The notes beneath the pieces are model-generated. The model saw only the letters and a list, made by a program, of their open reading frames with translations. It was not told the DNA's origin and made no database searches. DNA of 64,000 bases from Lama guanicoe. Lineage: Eukaryota. A program made the translations under genes and the position numbers. Positions within the stretch are counted from its first letter, which is position 1; each line of letters begins with the position of its first letter. The stretch lies in contig MU053881.1 in NCBI GenBank assembly GCA_013239625.1, positions 16,050,373 through 16,114,372 of the forward strand, read 5' to 3'. Positions 1 through 10,115 of the stretch are shown one piece after another.

Positions 1-392
1 GCATTAATAAAAAGTTTGTACATACACATATAAAAAAACAATTTGGTCTTCTGTTAAGGCTGTTACAGTTTAACGTTATGTAAACAACGCACAAAGAAAC
101 AGTTACCGTAAAAACATACAAAAGGGGAGTTGGGAGATGCCAGGCTGCCCGCCATGATTCAGTGCTCTGGGCGGGCGCCTCTGTGAGACATGGGGGCTCA
201 GCAAGGGTGGCTGGGCTTCCGCCAGCCTTTCCCTGCCTGGACTCACTTGGAGCCAGTGCCCACCTTGCATCGCTCTTGGAGCTTTTCATTCCGGATCCTT
301 CTCAGACCACTGAATGCTGACTCTGGAGCGCTAGTGCCTAGCTCTGGCACCGGGCCATCCTTGGACACGTGAACTCCAGCAGCTGTGGGCCC
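1..392 (-). other. MYO9B: MYO9B 3' UTR (partial)
   Basis: Lies downstream of the TGA at 395-393. The distal part is U-rich with several UGUA motifs on the minus strand. No sense poly(A) hexamer was seen inside the window. Confidence 0.85.
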
Positions 393-808
393 TCAGCCAT
401 TGGCTTGGCCCGAGGCTGGGGGCAGGCAGTAGGTCGGGGGGTCTGAGTACCTCCGCTTGGCCCCAGGTGGCCGGTCATCCTTGTCCAGAGGCTCCTGAGT
501 GCCCTGAGCAGGCAGGTGAGCACTGGGTGTGATATACACAGAGTGTACCTGGTCCGGGCGGCGGGCAGGCGGCTCTCGGCGCCTCACCAGGGCAGCAGCT
601 TCCTGGGTACCCGGCACCCGGCCAGGGAGATAGGAGGGCAGGCCGGGCGGGAGCTTGATGTTGGTCGTGGGCATGATGGGGGTCCGCCGGGGGGTCTTCA
701 CTCTGACCGTCAAGAAGGACGACGGCCTTCGTCGAGGAGGGGCGGCTGCCTCAGGGAGGGGGCTCGGGGTGGGCGCGCCAGGGCAGGGGAGAGCAGGCGC
801 GGGGGGCC
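393..808 (-). CDS. MYO9B: MYO9B last coding exon (~exon 40), Pro-rich tail of long isoform
   Basis: Acceptor aaag|GG at 809/808; [15 protein letters not shown]...[13 protein letters not shown]...PPASGQANG*. Confidence 0.96.
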
Positions 809-928
809 CTTTTGAGAGACAGATGGCAGGGTTACTGCAGCTTCAGGGCCAGCAAATGGACCCTCGCCCTGGGGCCTTCTGGGTGTGGATACGGGAAGGA
901 AAAAAGCTGACGCTACCTTAATACTGAC

Positions 929-1056
929 CTTCCGAGGCCCCCCGCCCGGCCCGATCTTCCAACAGGCTTTCGGTGCTGGCTGATGTCTCTGAGTCCAGAT
1001 TCTCCTCATCGGACCCCCGAGGGTCCAGCTCCGGCAGCCGGTATGTGATGTCCTCC
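929..1056 (-). CDS. MYO9B: MYO9B exon ~39
   Basis: ccag|[49 protein letters not shown]; donor G|gtcagt. Confidence 0.96.
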
Positions 1057-1724
1057 CTGGGGATGGGGGGGGTCACAATATCCAAGGCTGTTCCCATAAT
1101 GAATGATCACCCCATGGAAAAGTGCCAGGCCAGTAGGGGACAGAGTAGATCATCCTGGTCCTGGATGGAACCCCAAACCTGAACCCAAAAGCACACTGGG
1201 CCCCAAATGCCCTCAGCTCATGTGAGGAAGGTGTCAGGCTGCTGAGGAAAGCCAGGCATCTGGCCTAGTACTGAGCTAGGGAAGAGCTCTTGCCTCACGA
1301 CCTTGGCACATGTCACTCCCTCTGCCTGAAATACCCTACTCTATTCCTAAGACTTGGATGCCCAGGTGGCCCGAATTACACCTGTTCTCCTGGCATAATT
1401 TTTTAACAGCATCTTCCTTCATACTTCCATCTTGACCAGACAACAAAGTAGGGGGTCGCCCTATGTAAGGCCAACTTTAAGACAAAGTTCAGGCATCACC
1501 TCTCCATTGCCCTTCTCTTCCTATGGGCCACCATGGTTCCCTGTGGTCAAGCAGGGGTTTTAAACAGAGCCCTAGGCTGTGTTTTAGGACAGCAGCACCC
1601 CATGAGGTGGGCACTGGACCATGGGACTGAGTCTAGTCTGTCAGCCTCCTAACAGCCAGATGCCCAGTAGTGGAAGGGCCGGACATGGCGGCCAAGGGTG
1701 GCAAGGGGTCAGAGAGACACTTGC

Positions 1725-1867
1725 TTCTCCTCCTTGATGGACTGGATCCGCTCGATGAGGATCTCCTTCTCCCGATCCTCATCACCACCAGCCACTTCCT
1801 CCTCCGGCAGCACCCCCAGCTCCTCCAGGCCACCACTGCTGCTCCCTCGGGTCTTAGGGCTCTTGAT
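1725..1867 (-). CDS. MYO9B: MYO9B exon ~38 (GC donor)
   Basis: ttgcag|ATC; IKSPKTR...[20 protein letters not shown]; the phase requires donor AA|gcaagt. Confidence 0.93.
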
Positions 1868-2010
1868 CTGCAAAGAGAAGCGGCAGGTCTGGCCAGCCCC
1901 TCTGGTGGGTGTGGGTCGGTGCTCACAGGAAGAGAGAGGGTGGTCGGAGCAGCTCTGGGGAGGTTAGTTCTGACGTGGACAGCTGGGCTTAGTGAGGCTT
2001 CTCCGGGGAT

Positions 2011-2171
2011 CATGCAGGGACCGGGTGGCTGGCACTTGGCTGATTAGTCATTCTCAGCACAGGCAGTCAGCGGGCAACGGGCCTCCCCCAGCATGCACTT
2101 CCAGAAGGTTAGGACATGCTTGGTCTATCCTACAAGGACCCTAGGGGGCCTGAGGGGAACCTCAGCATGCA
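2011..2171 (-). promoter_or_regulatory. RBFOX/QKI intronic splicing element cluster
   Basis: Sense-strand TGCATG at 2011-2016, 2092-2097 and 2166-2171; GCATG at 2115-2119; ACTAAT at 2043-2048. Confidence 0.7.
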
Positions 2172-2216
2172 CTGCACTGGGAGACATGTGAGGAGGACCC
2201 CCATACTTGTACATAC

Positions 2217-2264
2217 CAGGACCCCCTCATAGGGAGACGAAAACCCCAGTTTGAGAGGCCATGG
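2217..2264 (-). CDS. MYO9B: MYO9B 48-nt cassette exon ~37
   Basis: ccccag|...|gtatgt; PWPLKLGFSSPYEGVL; symmetric phase 0; absent from the ORF track. Confidence 0.92.
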
Positions 2265-2724
2265 CTGGGGGAGAGATGAAGAGAGGGTGACCACAGGGCC
2301 ATGACCAGGACATAGGCACTAGTCATGGGCACAGAGCCACATCTGATTGCAGGAACAAGGACAGGGTCCTCCTACAGGAGCCCAGGACTGGCTCCTTATG
2401 CCTCCACCCCCAAGTGTGAGGCCTCTTTTGCTGCGGGAACATTTCCTTGTGGGCGGGACCCAAGTCAGCAAGGGACGTGGCTGGAGGATGGCCAGGACCA
2501 CCACCAAGTGGGTGACAGACCCCCCACTCCTGAGAGGGGCAGCTGGCCTCAGGCGAACTAGGACGGTGGTCATTTGCCCAAGGTGAGGAATCGGCCCCAG
2601 GTCAGGCTGCCTGTGGCCAAGGGTGTGCTGAGAGTATGTACTGGGCGGAGAAGTGAGACCACGCCCAACACCCAAGCCCCGCCCACTGGCCACTCCCACC
2701 GAGGCCCCGCCCTGCGTTGCTCAC

Positions 2725-2848
2725 AGCGTTTTGTTGCAAGAGAGAGAGCCTTCGGAAGGCGATGCTCTCAGCAGCCTCCAGCTGGTTGATCTCCTCCATC
2801 TTCACTTTGTACTTTCTCATCTGTTCTTTGATCAGCATCTCTACGCAC
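2725..2848 (-). CDS. MYO9B: MYO9B exon ~36, end of RhoGAP / coiled coil
   Basis: [45 protein letters not shown] ends. Confidence 0.96.
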
Positions 2849-4301
2849 CTGTGGAGAAGGCGACTCAGCTCCTGACCCGGGGAGGGCCCGCGTGGGGGGC
2901 CTGGCGCTAGGGAGGTGCTGGCCAAAGACTGGGGCTTGATGGCTGAGCCAAGAGACCCAGAGACCAGGCAGGGCTATGGACAAGGCTGCGGCTCCCACTG
3001 CAGCCCCAGCTCACTCACTGTGTGACCTCGTGCAGTTCACTCCGCCTCTCTGCGCCTGAGTCCCGCTCTTAATGACAAGCCTCCTTGTTTGAAGGAGGAA
3101 GCACAGTACCATGGATCACAGTGAACTGACCCCTCAGGAGCCCTGCAGGGTGGGGCTTGGTGCTGGGAGGCTGGGAGATTTGTCCCAGGGGCTGCAGGCA
3201 GCTGGCCCCAAGGGCTCTGGAAGTGTGCTGGGACCCAGGACACCTGCTCAGTGGTCAGGGCCAGCCTGAGTAGTCAGTACTGGGGAAGACTCAGCCTGGA
3301 GTGGTCAGTACCCAGGAGGACCCAGCCAGGAGTGGGACTCAACCAGGAATGGTCAGTCCGGGGTGGGGAGGGTGTAGTGGGACAGGACGGACTCAGCCTG
3401 CATGGAGAGGCAGTCTGGTTCAGGTTTCATATGACCACATAAGAAAAAAAGGACCAAAGAAGTACTGGAAGAGGCTGGAAGCAAATCTGTCCCCACCACC
3501 TCGCTTCCCAGGTAGTGTGGGGGCCACACTGGGCTCCTCTCCTTTCTGCCTGACAGCTGCTGTTTGTGAATCTCGAAGGGCATGGTCTGGGGTACATGGC
3601 ATGCTGTCCTGTTGTCAGGCATAGCTCTCAGGCCTTCCCGTGTTTCCCTCGTGAAACCGCCTAGGGCGACACGTTTTATTTTTATAAATCGCAGCCTGAA
3701 CAATGCCGCCTTAGTGACTGATGTCTGATGACCTCCTCCTCAGTTCTTTTGAAGAACTTTTGAAGATCATTTACGGGGAAGAAGGCACCTTGAGACAATT
3801 GCTTCTGTTGGCTGCTGGCTTCACTGTCTGCTCCTCACCCTCAAAAGAACTGGGAAGTAACATTCTTGCTGCCTGAGGAGAGACGCTGACATGTCTCCAC
3901 CTGGGTCTGGGTGTGTGTGCCCCACGATGCGGCCGTGAGGCTGGGCTGCCTCTTGTCCCTCATCTGTCAGAAGAGTCCCGCTTGCCGCTCTTGGCAGCAG
4001 TCACACATCTGGACTTTGCTAGAAGTTCGGTTTTAGTACAAAAGTCACGATGCTCATTAGAAAAGAAAAGTAGAGAGACCAAATTAAGTCTACTTAGGAC
4101 CCCAGTGCTCAGGACACCTGCTCGGGCCGTTGTGATCTGGTTTGTTCTTCCAGACTTTTCTCTGCAGGCACACTGACACACTACTGAGGCTAAGCCGTCC
4201 TAGGATTCTGGAGCAGGCTCTCCTCTTTAGTTGTGGGGTCCCTGGAGGGGCTGCCCTGAGCACATGGTGGGGACGGGGGGCCCACTGGTCCTGGTACTCA
4301 C

Positions 4302-4433
4302 GTGGTGATCTTGAGGACGTCCTTCATGCTGGTCAGGGGGTCCGAGTTGTCGGGGCAGCGCAGGAGGCAGGGTGCGAAGATGATGGCTAGTGCGCTGGGT
4401 GACATGCGGTTCACATCCTCGAGCAGGGCCACC
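4302..4433 (-). CDS. MYO9B: MYO9B exon ~35, RhoGAP
   Basis: [44 protein letters not shown]. Confidence 0.96.
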
Positions 4434-4711
4434 CTGTGCAGCAGGTGTCAGTCAGGGGGTGAAAAGGGAGCCCCAAGACCAGAGTCCAGAGCCCAGGGGT
4501 TACTGTAGCCGGGAGGTAAGAAATGCTTGCTTCTGCAGGACGGAGAGGTGCCACAAAGAAGCTGGGGCCCCCTCCTGGAACCCCCCCAAAACGGACTCAT
4601 GCCCTGGTGTGGAGCCACCAGAGAACACCAGCCTAGAGAATGTGGTGGCGGGGCTCCCTCTGGGACGTCAGCCCCCCACAGAGAGTAGGCAGCAGCGGGG
4701 CAGGCACTTGC

Positions 4712-4817
4712 TTGACCAGGTGGAAGATGAGCCGTTCCAGGGAGTTATGGTTGGCCTCTGGCAGGTGCTCCAGGACAGCGTAGATGGCGGCCAGCTGCTC
4801 CTGTTTCTCTGGCAGCT
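4712..4817 (-). CDS. MYO9B: MYO9B exon ~34, RhoGAP (GC donor)
   Basis: [36 protein letters not shown]; the phase requires donor AA|gcaagt. Confidence 0.93.
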
Positions 4818-5059
4818 CTAGGAGGGCCCTGGGTGTCAGCTCCCCGCAGGCCCCACCTCGACGGGCCTCAGGGCACTGAGGAACCTCCCATGGTGTGGGG
4901 CAAGAATGCAAGGCCACAGAGGGGTCCTGGCCCCAGCCCGGGGCTCAATTTCTCAGCTGTGACCAGGATCCCTCCTCCCCGACTGGCCACAGCAAATGCA
5001 TGAGGCTCTGATCCCCAACCGCTGCCACCCGCCACCCTTGCCACAGCTGTGGGACTCAC

Positions 5060-5188
5060 CGACAGCACGGAGGAAGTCTCCGTACTGGGCAAAGGTCATG
5101 AGGGGCTCGGGCAGCTCCCGCAGCCACTGCTTGAGCACTCCGGTGATGGCGTGGATGGGAAAGTTCTCCAGTTTGACTGCTGTGGGGT
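5060..5188 (-). CDS. MYO9B: MYO9B exon ~33, RhoGAP
   Basis: [43 protein letters not shown]. Confidence 0.96.
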
Positions 5189-5313
5189 CTGTCGGGAGGG
5201 CGGGGGCCCAGTGAGCACAGTGAAGGCAGGAGGGCTGAGCTTTGAGCCCTACGCGGTGTCCGCTGGCCCTTTGCACCTACCCGTTCACAGCCCCTATGTC
5301 CCACAGCACCCAC

Positions 5314-5506
5314 CCGTCTGCAGCGCCTGCCGGAGCTCCCTTGTGCGGTTGGCGGCCCCTGACTTGCGGTAGAGGCCCTCAGTGTACAAGCCATGCATCT
5401 CCACGTGTTCTAGGAGCTTCTCCAGCACGATGGGCACCGAGACTTTGTCGCTGGTCAGGCTATCCACGCAGACGCCAAAGTGGCCCGGCTCAGTGCCTGG
5501 CTCGAT
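5314..5506 (-). CDS. MYO9B: MYO9B exon ~32, RhoGAP start with arginine finger
   Basis: HFGVCVDSL...[27 protein letters not shown]; the catalytic R in GLYRKSG is intact. Confidence 0.97.
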
Positions 5507-6015
5507 CTGCAATGACGGGGATTCAGGTAGGGGTCAGGCCTGGGCTGGCTGTCCTCCTGTCACCCCCCAGGCCTCCTCTGTGGCCTCTGTCCCTCTCTGG
5601 CACAGCTGCCAGGGGTGCCAAACTGTGGAGGTTGCTTGATGGCCACTGGCAGTGGGTCCCTACGTGAAGACCCACAGCCCCCTTGGAGCAGCAAAATCTG
5701 GCTCATGCTGCAGCCTGTGCACTCAGAACCCCACCTCCCTGATGTGCAGGGTTGGGGGGCTTCCCTCCACTTGGAGGAGGGAGGAGCAGGGCCAGGGTCT
5801 GAGGTGCACACACAAGCCTGGCCCCTGCCCTGGGGGGCCTCTTGGAGCTCTGACAGGATGGGGGTATGCTCTGCTGCGGGACCAGTCCCTCCTGCCAGCT
5901 CCCTGTTCTCGCCTGACACCCAGCTTTGGCTTTGCACCCAGCACACTCTCTTCCAAGTCTCTCAGAACGGCCTCCCCCAGGGGTTCTGGAAAGTTCCTAG
6001 CCTCCGTGGGCTCAC

Positions 6016-6089
6016 CTTCTTCCCACTTGTGTAAGAGCAGTAGGTCTGAATCTTGTGCACACACTTCTTGTGGCAGGTCATCTTGCACA
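6016..6089 (-). CDS. MYO9B: MYO9B exon ~31, C1 domain C-half
   Basis: [25 protein letters not shown]; cctag| ... |gtgag. Confidence 0.95.
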
Positions 6090-6867
6090 CTAGGAAATCA
6101 TGGTTGAGAAGGGAAGAGGGTGGTCACCGGCAGCACATCAGGGTCCCCAGGTTCCAGTGGTTGCCTGTCCCTATGTCTCAGGACAGTGACAACTGCCTGG
6201 GTAGTTATGATGGATGTGACATGGCGGGCTGCTCCTCACAGCCCACCAAGGGGAGAGGAGGTTACTCTGGCCTGATAAAAAAAAGTCAGCCCTGACTGGT
6301 CCTGGCAGGAAAACAGATGGGCCAGAGGCCTGCTAGACCCAGCCTGGGCCTCTGGGGGCTGCTAGTTCCCATCTGAGTTTGGCCACCTCCTGGCTGCCTG
6401 ACTGTGGGCCAGTTGGGTCATCATGGGCTGCACCTGCCTCTTGAGGTCCCTGTGGGGACTGACTGGCCTTGCCTGACACATGGGGCAGGTGCCGGCAGTT
6501 CAGGCTGCAGGAGCAGTGTGAACAAAGGCCGGGAGGTAGGACACAGGGTGACCTGCCCAGGTATGTGTGTAGAACAGAGGCTGCAGAGTTGGGTGAGGGC
6601 CTCAGGGTTAGTTGAAAACCCAGCCCTGCCCCAAGATGACTGTGCGGGATTTGAGTGAGTAGGGCAGTATTCTGGAAAGATCTGCCCTTAGCTGGGGTGA
6701 AGGCCCCAGTGCATGATGTGGAGCTGGGGACATGGTGGGGGATCAGGGCTGGGGGTAGGAGGGATCAGAGAGTGCAGTGGGGAGTTGGGGGCATGGTGGG
6801 TTAGGTTTGGTGGAAGAGAAGAAGACAAAGCCTGGTGGGTGTTCAGGGGTGGGGGAGGGGCACTCAC

Positions 6868-6979
6868 CACTGCACAGCAGGGCCTTGTCCATGAGCCAGA
6901 TGTAGGAGAGACACTGCTCGCACGACTGCGGGATGCTCACCTGGTAGCTGGCGAACACATGCCCGTTGTGCTGCTGGAC
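6868..6979 (-). CDS. MYO9B: MYO9B exon ~30, C1 domain N-half
   Basis: [37 protein letters not shown]. Confidence 0.96.
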
Positions 6980-7189
6980 CTGGAGCAGCGGAGGAGGGAG
7001 CCAAGTGGGGAAGGTGGACCCCTAGTGGGGTGGCCCAGGGGCCGCTCAGGGCCTGCGGCATCTCAGGACCAGGGGCCACTCACTCATGACAGGCTGGGCA
7101 GGAAAACACGCTCACCCACATGCACGTGCACACGCACACACGCACATGCTCATACCTGTGTGCACGCACATGTGCACACACATACTCAC

Positions 7190-7231
7190 AGCGCGTTCCT
7201 GCTTTCGTTTCTTCTTCTGCGCTTTGCTCTG
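7190..7231 (-). CDS. MYO9B: MYO9B 42-nt exon ~29
   Basis: [20 protein letters not shown] acceptor, gtgagt donor. Confidence 0.93.
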
Positions 7232-7334
7232 CTGTGAGGGAGCAAAAACGCCAGGTCTGTGCGGGCCCCCAGGAACGCCCCCACCCCGGCAACGCCCTGG
7301 TGCTGGGACCCTTGCCCGGAGTGGCAACACCTAC

Positions 7335-7508
7335 CTTGGGAGGCTCGAAGTCGTTCTTGGTGTGCCCACGGGTGAACTCGTCTAGCAGCGACTGGAAGAG
7401 GTTGAGGACCAGGTTGGGGTCCTTCTCACCGCGCTCAGCCGCCAGGTTGCTCACGACGATCTGGTAGTTCTCCATCAGGTCCTTGTAGCCGACATGGATC
7501 TTCCCATT
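7335..7508 (-). CDS. MYO9B: MYO9B exon ~28
   Basis: [23 protein letters not shown]...[18 protein letters not shown]. Confidence 0.96.
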
Positions 7509-7624
7509 CTGTGGGAAGGCAGGGTGTGACCCCCAAGGGACAGACAGAAGCAGGGGGGAGGTGCCCAGGGGAGGGCATGGGGGTCGCTGTGGAGACCCTC
7601 CCTGTGGCTGGGGGCTCCACGTAC

Positions 7625-7723
7625 GGGGACGGAGTACATGGTCTTGAGGTTGCTCCTGAACTTCTCGGTGGCTTCGATGAACAAGCTCTCGATGGCAGAC
7701 TTCTGGGAACGCAGGTCGTTTAT
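7625..7723 (-). CDS. MYO9B: MYO9B exon ~27
   Basis: [33 protein letters not shown]. Confidence 0.96.
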
Positions 7724-7854
7724 CTGGAGAGGGAGGGAGAGGCGCTGATCCCATATTGCCTTGGGCTGGGCATCTGGGTGGTCACCGCTCTGCTCTGTCC
7801 CGAGTCCCTCCCTGGCTGTCCTGGGCCTGCAGGGAAACATTTGGTCTCCCTTGC

Positions 7855-8001
7855 CAACCCTGGTCTCTCTGCGTCACTTACTGTGGGTGCTGAGCAGCAC
7901 CCCTGACCTCCACCCACCAGATGCTGGTGGCGCTCCAAAAAGTCTGCAGATGTTGCCAAGTGTCCCCTGGGGGCAGGCTCACCCATCGTTGAGAACCACT
8001 G
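7855..8001 (-). mobile_element. MER20 hAT MITE fragment
   Basis: Ends in gttgagaaccactg, the reverse complement of the MER20 TIR. Confidence 0.7.
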
Positions 8002-8554
8002 GTTTAACTGGGGCTCTTCCTGCTGTCCCTCACAGATGCTCGACACCCGGCTGCACCCCAGGACTGGGGCTGCCTTAAATGGCCTGATCATTTCGTCACA
8101 TTTCTACCCTCTGAAGGGTGTCCTAACCCTTACTGTCCCTGTCAGCCTGCCACTGTCCCCCTCTGAAGCTCTCAAATGCCGCTCTGTTTGCTGTGGGACT
8201 GCCTGCCGCCTGGACTGAGAATACCCCGAGTGCAGGCCACAGCTGCAGTTAAGTGCTCCATCACTGCCTTGAACAGAACGTATCCTGTAAAAGTGTATTC
8301 TAAATAAAAGAATTTGTTTCGGGTCAGCCATGGCTGAGGGGCAGGACAAGGGAAGGCCATAGGACCTAGGGGCAGCCTGGGGGCAGGTGGGTGTGTCCGG
8401 CGCCCTGCTGGGAGGGTTATTCTGGATGCCAGTATTTCCTCATGTGGAGAAAGTGAGCAGCCGCCCAGGGTGCTGAGAGATGGCACACTGAGTGCATTCA
8501 ACAGCACAGCTCAAACTTCCTGGGAAGGAACCGCTGGATAAAACGCGTCTGCTG

Positions 8555-8698
8555 CGAGGAGAGTGTAGCTCAGTGGTAGAGTGTGTGCTTAGCATGCACG
8601 AGGTCCTGGGTTCAATCCCCATCCCTAGTGTACTTCCATTCAAAAAAAAAAAAAAAGAACAATAAAAAAAGTTAAAATAAATAAAGAAAAAACCTTTA
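8555..8698 (+). mobile_element. tRNA-Ala-derived SINE (Vic-1-like)
   Basis: A box tagctcagtgg, B box ggttcaatcc, A-tail; TSD aaaa(c/t)gcgtctgctg at 8540-8554 and 8699-8713. Confidence 0.9.
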
Positions 8699-9131
8699 AA
8701 AATGCGTCTGCTGGGCGCCCAACCCACGTGTGACTTGCTGGCATGCGCTAGACAAGTCCGATGGGGCGAGTCCCAACTTCGGCTGGGACAGTCTCACATG
8801 TTCTGTGCAGCCCCCGTGATGAGACACACATTCTGGAGTGAAATAGAAGTATCCTCACCAAGCAAGATGAATGTCGGCTACAAGTGATCATGAGCCCTGG
8901 CTGGGTTTTGCAGAAAGCCAGCTGATGCCAAACTTAGGAATCAGCATCTCATTTCCAGAACTTGCCACATGTGCCAACTGTGGACCTGGACTTTCTGTTC
9001 CCGCCAGGTAAGGATTTTGGTGTGACGGTTGGGAAAGCCCTGCCAGGTGGTGATGGCCCTCTGGGAGGGCCTCGGGGCTGCTCTGCCTGAGCCCTGCCCC
9101 CCAGCACCCAGGCCCAGCCCAGGCGGCCCAC

Positions 9132-9322
9132 CTTGTTGAGCAGGAACTCGTCGAGGTACTTGAGCTCGTTGGCGTTGGTGATCTGGCGGAACACCGACTC
9201 CCGCCACTTCTCTGACACTGTGATTTTACCGATCTTGAGGTTTCGGTTCTTCTTCCCTTTGCCTCCTGGCTCCTTGGTGTGCTTCTCGCCCAAGGTGTGG
9301 CGGTGCTGGTAGCCGGAGGGGG
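9132..9322 (-). CDS. MYO9B: MYO9B exon ~26
   Basis: APSGYQHRH...[35 protein letters not shown]. Confidence 0.96.
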
Positions 9323-9572
9323 CTGTTGAGGGGAAGGAGAGGCTGGTAAGAGCTGGTTCCTGGGGAGGATGTGGGTTGGCCTCTGGGGCGTGGGCTGGGC
9401 CCCGCCACACATAGAGATCAGTGGCCAGAAAGTACCTCTGGGGGTGGGGACCAGCCCTGAAGCCTGTGACTGGGGCTGGGCCCACAGCTACTGACTCAAG
9501 GCTGCATCTGGGGATGGTCCTCAAGGACCCCGGTGGCTCTACTGTCTGTCCCTGAGGCTGCGGGCGACCCAC

Positions 9573-9706
9573 CTTCTAGGTTCTTCTTCATGGTGGCGGC
9601 TTCCAGCACAACGTGCGCAGGTGCTGTGTTCTCCATCTCCTCTGCGCCCTCCAGGCTGTATTTCTTATCCTTGTTCTTATGCAGGAAAAGTCTCTTAAAT
9701 GTGGAT
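9573..9706 (-). CDS. MYO9B: MYO9B exon ~25
   Basis: [44 protein letters not shown]; phases 2/1 fit the neighbouring exons. Confidence 0.94.
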
Positions 9707-9929
9707 CTGTAGGAGAAAGTAAGCCTTAAGCCTCAGGAAATGAAAGCAGACGTGAGGCCAAAGGAAGGGTCAACTTACTGTAAAGAGAAATGGCCCCTTT
9801 GTTGGTTATCGGGATGGGGTGCTACTGCAAATAAGGTGGAGCTGGAGTCACATGAAAGGGCAAGAGGCTGGGCAGATGTCAGGCAGAACCCCATTCTCAT
9901 ATATCTAAAAAAATTACTCCCTGCCCCCC

Positions 9930-10025
9930 CAAGTTTTCCTCCCCTTAACAGAGGAACTGGGGATTGAACCCAGGACTTCATGCACATTAAGCATGTGCTC
10001 TACCACTAAGCTATACCCGCCACCC
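9930..10025 (-). mobile_element. tRNA-Ala-derived SINE
   Basis: ggggattgaacccagg...ctaccactaagctata. Confidence 0.85.
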
Positions 10026-10115
10026 CGCTCCCCGCGAGATGTTTTTATGGGCACAAGGTTAGGGGAAAAAACCCAGGAAGAATAAACACCAAATTGTGTG
10101 CTGTGGATACTGGGT

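Noticed and set aside
6..11. AATAAA near the gene end
   Set aside because: It is on the plus strand, antisense to MYO9B, and no plus-strand gene was found to use it. The real signal is probably just outside the window.
1719..1721. Canonical GT donors 4 nt downstream of the GC donors (1720 and 4707) as the main sites
   Set aside because: They are phase 0 while the next exons need phase 2, so they would frameshift conserved sequence.
8557..8630. tRNA-Ala(AGC)-like sequences here and at about 10 other sites
   Set aside because: Degenerate stems, A-rich tails and TSDs mark them as SINEs, not tRNA genes.
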